33,369 nucleotides of DNA from an uncultured Ruminococcus sp. (GTDB lineage Bacteria; Bacillota; Clostridia; Oscillospirales; CAG-272). Shown here piece by piece: positions 1 through 8,016 of this stretch. Position 1 is the stretch's first letter, and every line of letters starts with the position of its first letter. The notes under the pieces were generated by a model, which saw nothing but the letters and a program-made list of their open reading frames with translations, had not been told where the DNA came from and searched no databases. A program made the translations under genes and the position numbers. Location: NCBI GenBank assembly GCA_964438725.1, contig CAYTLG010000002.1, forward strand, positions 1 to 33,369, written 5' to 3'.

Positions 1-273
1 TGGTGCTGGAGAGAAGTTTTCCGTTGAATATGCCTTTTCGCAGTCCTCGTAAAGCTCATCTATGTCGTAGTCATCAAGAAACTTGGCAAGGATAAGTGTT
101 GCTCTTTCGGGGTATGTCATGTGCATAAGAGCATCAAAGTCTCCTGCTGATATACGGGGAATGCTTTTCGGTATGTAAAGTCCTCCGTCAGGTGCGATAC
201 CCTCGATTATTGCTTCTGCGGAGGATATCTCACGGGGATTGGCTGATGTGTCTCTGGTACTGATATACTTCAT
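1..273 (-). CDS. thrC: threonine synthase, N-terminal 91 codons (gene continues past the left edge)
   Basis: Not in the ORF track because there is no stop in the window. Reverse-strand ATG at 273-271 follows a GAGG RBS. Hand translation MKYISTRDTSANPREISSAEAIIEGIAPDGGLYIPKSIPRISAGDF... matches the conserved ThrC N-terminus. Confidence 0.8.
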   Translation of the reverse strand, partial: MKYISTRDTSANPREISSAEAIIEGIAPDGGLYIPKSIPRISAGDFDALMHMTYPERATLILAKFLDDYDIDELYEDCEKAYSTENFSPAP

Positions 274-287
274 GGTCTGCCTCACTT

Positions 288-1235
288 TCAGTTACGGGGA
301 AGGTTCCTCTTCATGAAATCGTATGCGGTGTTGTAGGTGATATTTTCAAGCTGTTCATCGGTAAATCCGTTGTTTCTGAGAAGCTCTACTGCATCGGGAA
401 TGCCGTCAAGACCGCTTATGCCACTTGGAAGATTTGTGCCGTCCATGTCACAGCCGAAGCAAACACAGTTTTCGGCAAGGGAAGAATATTTCTCAAAATG
501 CGGAACTATTGAGTCAAGCGTGAGTGAGTCACTCGATTCACAGCCTTCCTTGAGGTGAGGAGGACAGAGGGAAACACCTGTGATACCTCCGAGCTTTGTG
601 AGACGCAGGAATCTGTCATTGGTGAGATTTCTTGTGACGGGACATACGGAATACGAGTTCATGTGGGTTGCAATGGGAGCAACTCCGTATTCTTCGCAGA
701 TATCCATGATTTCGTCAGCCGACTTAAACGAAGCGTGGGAAATATCGGGGATAATACCGACCTTTGCCATCTCACGCACTGCCGCACGACCGAATTCGGT
801 GAGTCCGTTTTCGGTATTGTGAGAGCCACCGATAGATGTGTCTCCGCCCCAGAGCAGAGTCATGATACGAACACCGAGGTCGTATAGCTCTTGCACACGC
901 TCTATCTTTCCGTCAAGAATGCGTGAATCTTCAACAGTAAGGACTGCTGCTATCTTCTCGTCGGAGACTTCAAAGGCTTCAAGGTCATCGGCGGTGCGTA
1001 TCATGCGGACACCGTTTTTTTCGCATTCGGAGACAAATTTTTCTCTGATTTTCAGAAAGTATTCATAGCCCTCACGGTCTGTAAACTCTTCGGCTGTGAA
1101 TACTGCAAAGAGCTGAACATATTTGTCGTATCCCTTTGCTTTTTCGAGGGAAACATGACATTTGTTTGAGTAAAGTTCCTGGTCGTGGAAGAATATGGCA
1201 TCTGCCGTGTCGCAATGAAGGTCAAAAAATTTCAT
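288..1235 (-). CDS. membrane-dipeptidase family (peptidase M19) metallohydrolase
   Basis: 315-aa ORF with the N-terminal FDLHCDT metal-binding motif. Later DISHAS, ATHMNS and CDMDG segments fit the M19 family. GAGG RBS; only 14 nt upstream of thrC. Confidence 0.8.
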   Translation of the reverse strand: MKFFDLHCDTADAIFFHDQELYSNKCHVSLEKAKGYDKYVQLFAVFTAEEFTDREGYEYFLKIREKFVSECEKNGVRMIRTADDLEAFEVSDEKIAAVLTVEDSRILDGKIERVQELYDLGVRIMTLLWGGDTSIGGSHNTENGLTEFGRAAVREMAKVGIIPDISHASFKSADEIMDICEEYGVAPIATHMNSYSVCPVTRNLTNDRFLRLTKLGGITGVSLCPPHLKEGCESSDSLTLDSIVPHFEKYSSLAENCVCFGCDMDGTNLPSGISGLDGIPDAVELLRNNGFTDEQLENITYNTAYDFMKRNLPRN

Positions 1236-1271
1236 TATCCATACCTCATTTCTGAATCACAATGGTGGAAT

Positions 1272-1694
1272 CTACCATCGGTATTTGTTCTTTTTCATTG
1301 AGAATTTACCGTTTTTGCGTACTGCATTTTTTATGTGTATCGTATCTATAACACGATATGTTTCGCTTGTCGGGTCGGCATATATCTCGATAACGTCTAT
1401 GCGTACATTCTTATCCGTGTGTGTGAGAAGATATTCTTCGACAGCACGAACGAGGAATGACTGCTTTTTATCATCCACAGCGGCACCCGCAGTAGAATAA
1501 AAATCTGCCTTTTCGGGGAGCATACGTCTTGTTTTGACTTCAACGAACACCGTTGTTCCGTCTGTGTCACGTGCAAGTATGTCGATTTCCGAGTGCCCTA
1601 TCCTCATTCGCCGTGCGAGAACAGTATAGCCGTTTTTTTCGAGATATACTGCGGCACTTTCTTCACCGCAGTAACCGAGGTCGTAGCTTTTCAT
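1272..1694 (-). CDS. yraN: YraN family (UPF0102) PD-(D/E)xK endonuclease-like protein
   Basis: 140 aa. GEESAAVYLEKNGYTVLARRMR...SEIDILARD...VFVEVKTR matches the YraN signature. Start overlaps the rnhB stop by 4 nt. Confidence 0.85.
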   Translation of the reverse strand: MKSYDLGYCGEESAAVYLEKNGYTVLARRMRIGHSEIDILARDTDGTTVFVEVKTRRMLPEKADFYSTAGAAVDDKKQSFLVRAVEEYLLTHTDKNVRIDVIEIYADPTSETYRVIDTIHIKNAVRKNGKFSMKKNKYRW

Positions 1695-2338
1695 ATGCCT
1701 TTTTTCTTTTTCAGTGCGGCTTCCAGCTTTTCTTTATCCTTTTCAAGGAATCCGAGGAAGCTCTTTCTGTGGATATCCGAGGCACCGAACTCATATACTG
1801 CGAGCTTATGTTCGGGTGTGGGATAGCCTTTGTGTTTTTTGAAATTGTATTCGGGATATTTTTCGTCAAGTTCCATCATAAGCCTGTCTCTCGTGACCTT
1901 TGCAAGTACGGAGGCGGCGGCAATGGAGAGTGAAAGTGCGTCACCGTGGACTACGGGTATGGAAGTGCATCCGAAGTCGGAGTTGCGGTTTCCGTCTACC
2001 AGAACCACATCGGGAGAGACAGTCTCACGAACGGTATCAACGGAACGTCTCATGGCGTAAAGTGAAGCCGCAAGAATATTCATTTCGTCTATCTCTTCGG
2101 GTGAGGACATTGCAATACCGTATGCGACAGCCTTTTCGATTATCTCATCGTACAGCTTTTCACGCTTCTTTTCGGTGAGCTTTTTTGAGTCGTCAAGTCC
2201 CTCTATAACGCATCCCACGGGGAGAACTACTGCGGCGGCAACGACCGGACCTGCAAGAGGACCTCTGCCTGCTTCATCAGTTCCGCAAACTATGCCATAT
2301 GTATTGCTGTATTCTTTATCAAAGGAAGGGTCTATCAT
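1691..2338 (-). CDS. rnhB: ribonuclease HII
   Basis: 215 aa with the GTDEAGRGPLAGPVVAAAVVL catalytic motif and DDSKKL. Overlaps the rbgA stop by 4 nt. Sits in the conserved rbgA-rnhB neighbourhood. Confidence 0.92.
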   Translation of the reverse strand: MIDPSFDKEYSNTYGIVCGTDEAGRGPLAGPVVAAAVVLPVGCVIEGLDDSKKLTEKKREKLYDEIIEKAVAYGIAMSSPEEIDEMNILAASLYAMRRSVDTVRETVSPDVVLVDGNRNSDFGCTSIPVVHGDALSLSIAAASVLAKVTRDRLMMELDEKYPEYNFKKHKGYPTPEHKLAVYEFGASDIHRKSFLGFLEKDKEKLEAALKKKKGI

Positions 2339-3297
2339 TCCGCATCCGCCTTTTCTGCTTTTTCCGCCTCTTCTTCTTTCTTTACGGGAGTTGCGTTAAC
2401 TTTCTTTTCGGCAACTTTAGTTGTCTGAGGAAGCTCAAGGGTAATTCTGCCTATTTTAGCTTCACGGAATTCATCGAGAACCACGTCTGCGGCTCTTTCG
2501 GTGTTAAGCTCTCCTCCTGAGATAAGGAAGCCTCTCTTTTTTGCGACTGCACAAAGAAGCTCATATGCGTTTTTGCCCTCAAGAGCAGCCTTGTCGAGCT
2601 TGTATCTTGCACAAAATTCGTTCGGAGCAATGGTGTAAAGTCTGAGACAGAGCTTTGCCGCAAGGTCTTCTGTATCGAGAATGGCATCACGGATAGCTCC
2701 TGTAAATGCAAGGTTTTCGCCTGTCTTTTGGTCGTCGAACTTCGGCCAGAGAACACCGGGCATATCGAGAAGCTCAATTCCGATATTTGTCGTAACCCAC
2801 TGCTTTGTCAGGGTAACACCGGGTCTGTCCTCGACCTTTGCTTTCTTTCCTCCGCCGAGTTTGTTTACAAGAGAGGATTTTCCTACGTTCGGGATACCTA
2901 CTATCATGGCACGGACACTTCTTCCGTTCATTCCCTTGTCGGCATATCTTTGTAGCTTTTCCGCAAGTATTTCACGAACTGCGGGGGCGATATTCTTTAT
3001 TCCCTCACCGGTGAGAGTGTCTATCGCAATTGCACGGCGGTCTGTCTTTGCGGAATAATATTTTATCCATGCGTTTGTTGCGGCAGGTGAGGCAAGGGAG
3101 GACTTTGTGAGAAGAGTAAGTCTCGGCTTGGTTGCGGTGAGCTTGTCAATTTCGGGGTTTTTTGAGCTTTTCGGTATTCTTGCGTCAAGAAGCTCTATGA
3201 CTATATCTACCTGAGAGAGGTTTTCTGAGATAAGTCGGCGGGTTTTTGCCATGTGTCCCGGAAACCACTGGATAGGCTTTGATGTATTCTGTTCCAT
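2335..3297 (-). CDS. rbgA: ribosome biogenesis GTPase A (YlqF/RbgA family), non-canonical G4, K/E-rich C-terminal tail
   Basis: 320 aa. IQWFPGHMAKTRR motif and circularly permuted order: G4-position LLTKSS, then P-loop GIPNVGKSSLVN, then DMPG. About 40 extra K/E/A-rich residues at the C-terminus. Confidence 0.9.
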   Translation of the reverse strand: MEQNTSKPIQWFPGHMAKTRRLISENLSQVDIVIELLDARIPKSSKNPEIDKLTATKPRLTLLTKSSLASPAATNAWIKYYSAKTDRRAIAIDTLTGEGIKNIAPAVREILAEKLQRYADKGMNGRSVRAMIVGIPNVGKSSLVNKLGGGKKAKVEDRPGVTLTKQWVTTNIGIELLDMPGVLWPKFDDQKTGENLAFTGAIRDAILDTEDLAAKLCLRLYTIAPNEFCARYKLDKAALEGKNAYELLCAVAKKRGFLISGGELNTERAADVVLDEFREAKIGRITLELPQTTKVAEKKVNATPVKKEEEAEKAEKADAE

Positions 3298-3311
3298 TTA
3301 TATAATACTCC

Positions 3312-4157
3312 TTATTTTACCGTAACTACTCCATCGAGTGAGCATATATAGCACTGCGGGAGTTTTTCTTTTATGTATCTTATAATATCGTTATCTCTTT
3401 CGGCTATTCTTCCTACGATAACACCCTCTATCAGGCATGACGGAAGCCCGAATATTATCGAAGCCTCACGGTCAGTGGTAGCAGGGGTTCTTGAAAAACG
3501 CTCTTTGATAAATTTGTCGTAGTATCTCGCATCTATGAAGTACCTCAGCACGTCGGGAGATAAAGCGGTATCCCAAACGTCTGCTTCAGCCATTTCACGA
3601 GCTCTGTCAGAGGACATATCGAGAATAAAACCTATCTGTACATTGTCCGCAACAAGATTCGGCATAAAACGTACTTCCTTTGTGCATTCGCAACGGTACG
3701 TCCATATCCTGTCGTTGTTGAGAAGGCTCTCCGTAATCTCGTCAAATTTGTGATATGGCACAAGTACGGTATGCTCCACTCCGAGAGGGCCACGTCCGAC
3801 GGAATATGTCAGGGTACAACCGCTGTATGCTTCAATATAGCTGCGTAGTGGAACGTCCTCGTCTATCTTCCACATTCCTATGCTGTTTTTTATCTTATGG
3901 GTCGTGGTTTCCTTTGTCATGTCCACTGCAACAAAACCACGTTCTGTTACCCAGTCAAACGAGGTCATGTTTCCGTTACGACTTGGAATGCCGTGCAGAA
4001 ATGTACCTTTTTTCAGCATTACCGTGTCACCGACTTCGTATGAATGCGATACCGTGATATCACATGAGTAAAAACGCTCTATTTGCTTCAGCACAAGCTC
4101 AAGGGCTTTTCCCTCAAAATATGAGTGTGCGTGAGTGATGTAAGTCTCTTTAGTCAT
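3312..4157 (-). CDS. hypothetical protein (281 aa), no family recognised
   Basis: Long ORF whose ATG lies 1 nt from the lepB stop and whose stop is 14 nt upstream of rbgA, so it is probably translationally coupled inside the operon. No motif I can assign. No signal peptide or TM segment seen. Confidence 0.65.
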   Translation of the reverse strand: MTKETYITHAHSYFEGKALELVLKQIERFYSCDITVSHSYEVGDTVMLKKGTFLHGIPSRNGNMTSFDWVTERGFVAVDMTKETTTHKIKNSIGMWKIDEDVPLRSYIEAYSGCTLTYSVGRGPLGVEHTVLVPYHKFDEITESLLNNDRIWTYRCECTKEVRFMPNLVADNVQIGFILDMSSDRAREMAEADVWDTALSPDVLRYFIDARYYDKFIKERFSRTPATTDREASIIFGLPSCLIEGVIVGRIAERDNDIIRYIKEKLPQCYICSLDGVVTVK

Positions 4158-4158
4158 G

Positions 4159-4758
4159 TCAGCCTTCGTAAGGATTTTTGAATATCGTCATTTCGGAGAG
4201 GGGGAATATTCTTGCGACAGCACGTCCTATAACACATCTTTCGTCAATAGTTTGTATCTCTATCTGTCTGCTGTCTGCGGAGTGGTTTCTGTTGTCACCC
4301 ATAACGAATATTTCGTTTTCGGGAACGGTTATCGGGAATGAATATTCCGCTGTAAGAAGCATTCCGTCGTCAACATGTCTGTAAGGCTCGTCTACTACTT
4401 TTCCGTCTACTGTAAGAGTCCATGTGGAGAAATCAATGTCAACGGTCTGACCACCGACAGCAATAACTCTCTTTACGATGGGGTCGGTGTAAGGGAAAGC
4501 ATCGAGCTTGTGTACGATAACGATATCTCCGGGTTCGGGAGTGTAGCAAAGGTCGGATACAACAAGAAATTCTCCGTTGTGCAGTGTGTTCAGCATGGAG
4601 TTTCCGTCAACTTCATTAAGTCTTACGATGAATGCGAACACGAGCATTACGACCGCAGCAGTCATTCCCACCATTTCTACAAGCTCAAATATCGAGCCGA
4701 GAAGGGAGTTTTTTTCTTTTTCTTCCTTTGGTTTGATTTTTTTGTTTTCTGTGTTCAT
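4159..4758 (-). CDS. lepB: signal peptidase I (S26)
   Basis: 199 aa with an N-terminal TM anchor. S26 boxes GNSMLNTL, GDIVIV, VKRVIAVGGQTV and GDNRNHSADSR. AAGGAAGG RBS. Confidence 0.92.
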   Translation of the reverse strand: MNTENKKIKPKEEKEKNSLLGSIFELVEMVGMTAAVVMLVFAFIVRLNEVDGNSMLNTLHNGEFLVVSDLCYTPEPGDIVIVHKLDAFPYTDPIVKRVIAVGGQTVDIDFSTWTLTVDGKVVDEPYRHVDDGMLLTAEYSFPITVPENEIFVMGDNRNHSADSRQIEIQTIDERCVIGRAVARIFPLSEMTIFKNPYEG

Positions 4759-4866
4759 GCTTTATCCTTCCTTTTTACAGGATATCGTTATCCTGTCAGA
4801 ACTATGAGTGGATTATATCAAAAAATTATAGCAGATATGAAATTATAATATGACATCATAAACAAT

Positions 4867-4895
4867 ATTATATCACGATTGAATGAGCAATGCAA
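4867..4895 (-). promoter_or_regulatory. sigma-A type promoter for the lepB operon
   Basis: On the reverse strand: TTGCAT, 17 nt, TATAAT, with TG at the extended -10 position (gTGaTATAAT). Confidence 0.55.
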
Positions 4896-4987
4896 TCACA
4901 AAACGAAAAAAAGCGAGACATCAAAAAAACATTCCACGATGCGAGGTTTTTTGCATATTTTTTTGAGTTTAATTTTTCGTAAAGGTA

Positions 4988-5016
4988 TTGCAATTCTTCG
5001 AAAAACGTGATAAAAT
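4988..5016 (+). promoter_or_regulatory. sigma-A type promoter for rpsT
   Basis: TTGCAA (4988-4993), 17 nt, TAAAAT (5011-5016), preceded by TG-n (extended -10). Implies a leader of about 100 nt before the rpsT ATG. Confidence 0.6.
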
Positions 5017-5122
5017 CTTACAGTGTATGATATTGTCTTTCTGCGTACCCTCTCAGGCGTGAAAAGACGTTGATATACGAAATTTTAGTCGTATAAATTA
5101 TTTAAATCAGGGAGAAAAAACA

Positions 5123-5386
5123 ATGCCGAACATTAAGTCCGCTAAGAAGCGTGTAAAGGTTATTTCCGTAAAGACACTCAAGAACAAGATGGCGAAGACC
5201 GCCCTCAAGACAACAATCAAGAAGTTCAAGGCTGCTGTTGAAAGCGGTGACAAGGAAGCAGCAAAGGTTGCATATGCAGCTGTTATCAAGAGCGTAGACC
5301 AGGCTGTTGCTAAGGGACTTCTCCACAAGAACAACGCTGCACACAAGAAGAGCCAGTTCACACTGATGCTCAACCACATGGCGTAA
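5123..5386 (+). CDS. rpsT: 30S ribosomal protein S20
   Basis: 87 aa, MPNIKSAKKRVKV... Lys/Ala-rich, with a GGGAG RBS. Lys is encoded only by AAG and Asn only by AAC. Confidence 0.95.
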   Translation: MPNIKSAKKRVKVISVKTLKNKMAKTALKTTIKKFKAAVESGDKEAAKVAYAAVIKSVDQAVAKGLLHKNNAAHKKSQFTLMLNHMA

Positions 5387-5404
5387 GTTTTATTAAAAAA
5401 ATAA

Positions 5405-5444
5405 AGAGCTTCGATGTTTAACCCGCATCGAGGCTCTTTTTTTG
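5405..5444. terminator. bidirectional intrinsic terminator (rpsT / MATE convergent)
   Basis: 12-bp stem AGAGCTTCGATG / CATCGAGGCTCT (one G-U pair) with a 9-nt loop. T-runs follow on both strands. Confidence 0.8.
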
Positions 5445-5452
5445 TTTCTTTA

Positions 5453-6871
5453 TCAGAAATTCTTTATCCACTTGTATCTGTTTACCTTGACTATGGCAAC
5501 GAGACACTTGATTATCTGGTCGGATTTGAGTACGATGAATATCATCATGGGAGAAAGCTTTAAAACGAATGCCGCAATGAACGAGCAGGGAAGAACTATG
5601 CCCCACATGAATATCATGTCGTTGCGGAATACAAAGCCTGTGTCACCGCCTCCACGGACGATACCCGTCAGACACGTCATCTGATAGGAGGTTCCGATTA
5701 CGGTTATTGAAAGGACACCCATAAACTGAGCGGCAAGATCCTTTGTTTCACCTGAAATATCGTAAAGTCCTATGATGAAATCACGGCAGAGGAATATCGC
5801 AAGTCCTGTTACGACTCCCATTGAAACGTAGAGTATCTGCATCCAGTTAACACGGTGTTTCAGCTCATGTTTAAGCTCAGTGAATACTTCGGTTTCGTCT
5901 TTTCCCGAACCGAGAGTTTTTGCTTCACCTATTGTTTTACCTATCATTACGGAGGAGGATGTTGCAGCACCGTAGATAAATACTGACATTATCTGGTAAA
6001 CGGTTGAAGCGATGGAGTTTGCGGAGATAACAGGGTCAGTGAGTCTGCCGAGAATAGCAGTCTGAATTGACATTGCAACTCCCCATGAAGCTCCGGAGAA
6101 AACAACGGGCAGGCTGACCTTGAAGAATTTTTTTGATATCTCACGGTCGGTCTTAAAGAAGTCAGAGAACTTCAGCTTGAGCTTTTTGTCGAATACTGAG
6201 ATATATACAACAACTATGATGAACTCTACTACACGGGAAATAAGTGTAGCGATGGCAGCACCACGGATACCGAGAGCGGGAGCTCCGAAGTGACCGAAAA
6301 TAAGTGCGTAGTTAAGTACAAGGTTCACTACGAGTGCGGCACAGGAGTTGATAAATCCTATGAAAGCGGTTTCCACACTGCGAAGTACACCGAGAAGAAC
6401 CTGTGTTGCCGCAAAGAACACGTATGTGAACGCTACGATAACGAGGTATTTTTCTGCTTCGGCAATAACGTGTGGTTTATCGGTAAGAAGTCCGAGTACT
6501 TGAGATGGGAATATAAGCACCGCAAGCATCATTATGCCTGATACGATAAGTCCGAACTGCATTGAGGTAGCAGCAGCACGTTTTATTTTTTCGGTATTCT
6601 TTTCGCCCCAGTAACGTGAGCATATGACTACCGTACCGTCTGAGATACTTCCGCATATGGACTGGAGCAGGAACTGTATCTGGTTTACAAGGAATACGCC
6701 CGATATCGCAAGTTCTGCTGTTTCACCGAGCTTTCCTATCATTATATTATCGAGAAGGTTTACACCGTATACGATGATGTTCTGTGCGGCTATGGTTATG
6801 AGAAGTCTTACCCAGCCACGCCAAAATTCACGTCTCTTATTTGGAGTTGATATTGCAAGAGATGTATTCAT
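5453..6871 (-). CDS. MATE family efflux transporter
   Basis: 472 aa, about 12 hydrophobic segments, typical MATE N-terminus (...NLLDNIMIGKLGETAELAISGV...). Only 20 nt downstream of mreB. Confidence 0.85.
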   Translation of the reverse strand: MNTSLAISTPNKRREFWRGWVRLLITIAAQNIIVYGVNLLDNIMIGKLGETAELAISGVFLVNQIQFLLQSICGSISDGTVVICSRYWGEKNTEKIKRAAATSMQFGLIVSGIMMLAVLIFPSQVLGLLTDKPHVIAEAEKYLVIVAFTYVFFAATQVLLGVLRSVETAFIGFINSCAALVVNLVLNYALIFGHFGAPALGIRGAAIATLISRVVEFIIVVVYISVFDKKLKLKFSDFFKTDREISKKFFKVSLPVVFSGASWGVAMSIQTAILGRLTDPVISANSIASTVYQIMSVFIYGAATSSSVMIGKTIGEAKTLGSGKDETEVFTELKHELKHRVNWMQILYVSMGVVTGLAIFLCRDFIIGLYDISGETKDLAAQFMGVLSITVIGTSYQMTCLTGIVRGGGDTGFVFRNDMIFMWGIVLPCSFIAAFVLKLSPMMIFIVLKSDQIIKCLVAIVKVNRYKWIKNF

Positions 6872-6891
6872 TTATGCACTTCCTTATATTG

Positions 6892-7911
6892 TCATTCACG
6901 TGATCCGATTCTGGATATGTTTATTTCACCCTCAGGAACTGCGGAGAGGTTTTCAAGGCTCTTTCCCGTTCCGATGGCTACGCAGGATACCGCTTTGTCT
7001 GCGACTCTGGTTTTTATTCCCGTAGCATAGGCGATAAGTCTGTCAAGACCGTAGAGAAGGCTTCCACCACCGGTCATAACGATACCGCTTGAAAGAATGT
7101 CTCCGATAAGCTCCGGCGGAGTACGTTCCACAACCGAGCATACGGCTTCGATTATCTGTGTGATGGGTTCTTCAAGTGCGTCGGGCAGTTCATCAGAATT
7201 TATGCGAACTACCCTGGGCAAGCCCTGTATAAGGCATCGACCCTTTACTTCAAGAGTGCGAGGCTCTTTTCTTGGCCACGCACAGCCTATTTTTATCTTT
7301 ATCGCTTCAGCGGTTCTTTCGCCTATAAGGACATTGTGCTTGCGTCTTACATAGCGGATTATGGCTTCATCGAATTTGTCACCCGCTACCTTTATTGATT
7401 CGGAAACTACAACTCCACCGAGGGAAAGTACGGCAATATCAGTGGTTCCACCGCCGATATCTACGACCATGTTTCCTTTAGGAGCTGCTATGTTTATTCC
7501 GGCACCAATTGCAGCCGCAACAGGCTCTTCAATGAGATATGTTCTCTTTGCACCTGCCTGAGTTGCCGCATCGACTACCGCTCTTTCTTCAACCTCCGTA
7601 ATTCCCGATGGAACACAGATTATGACACGGGGCTTGAATATCACGTTTCCGCACGCTTTTTTTATGAAGTGCTGTATCATTTTCAGAGTGATCTCGTACT
7701 GGCTTATAACACCGTCTCTCAAAGGACGTATGGCTGTTATATTTCCGGGGGTACGACCGAGCATCATCTGAGCTTCACGACCGACCCTAATTATTCTGTC
7801 GGTGTTTTTGTCGATTGCAACGACCGACGGTTCTTTTATTACGATTCCCTTGCCTTTGACATACACGAGAACCGTAGCCGTCCCGAGGTCTATTCCGATA
7901 TCCTTGCTCAT
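6892..7911 (-). CDS. mreB: rod shape-determining actin homologue MreB/Mbl
   Basis: 339 aa. DIGIDLGTATVLVY phosphate-1 motif, VVDIGGGTTDIAV, and IVMTGGGSLL near the C-terminus. Confidence 0.92.
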   Translation of the reverse strand: MSKDIGIDLGTATVLVYVKGKGIVIKEPSVVAIDKNTDRIIRVGREAQMMLGRTPGNITAIRPLRDGVISQYEITLKMIQHFIKKACGNVIFKPRVIICVPSGITEVEERAVVDAATQAGAKRTYLIEEPVAAAIGAGINIAAPKGNMVVDIGGGTTDIAVLSLGGVVVSESIKVAGDKFDEAIIRYVRRKHNVLIGERTAEAIKIKIGCAWPRKEPRTLEVKGRCLIQGLPRVVRINSDELPDALEEPITQIIEAVCSVVERTPPELIGDILSSGIVMTGGGSLLYGLDRLIAYATGIKTRVADKAVSCVAIGTGKSLENLSAVPEGEINISRIGSRE

Positions 7912-7964
7912 TTATGTAAATTCCTGACTTTATTTTCTCAAAATACTAATATAAATTCATTCTA

Positions 7965-7993
7965 CATTATACTACAAGGCAGGATGTTTTGCA
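7965..7993 (-). promoter_or_regulatory. sigma-A type promoter for mreB
   Basis: On the reverse strand: TTGCAA, 17 nt, TATAAT, located between the lipoprotein stop and the mreB start. Confidence 0.6.
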
Positions 7994-8016
7994 AGGAAAA
8001 ATTACATAAAATATCA

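Noticed and set aside
5102-5379. Two about 90-aa minus-strand ORFs overlapping rpsT
   Set aside because: They are antisense to an unmistakable S20 gene that has a strong RBS, promoter and terminator. Their products are Leu/Cys-rich with no start context.
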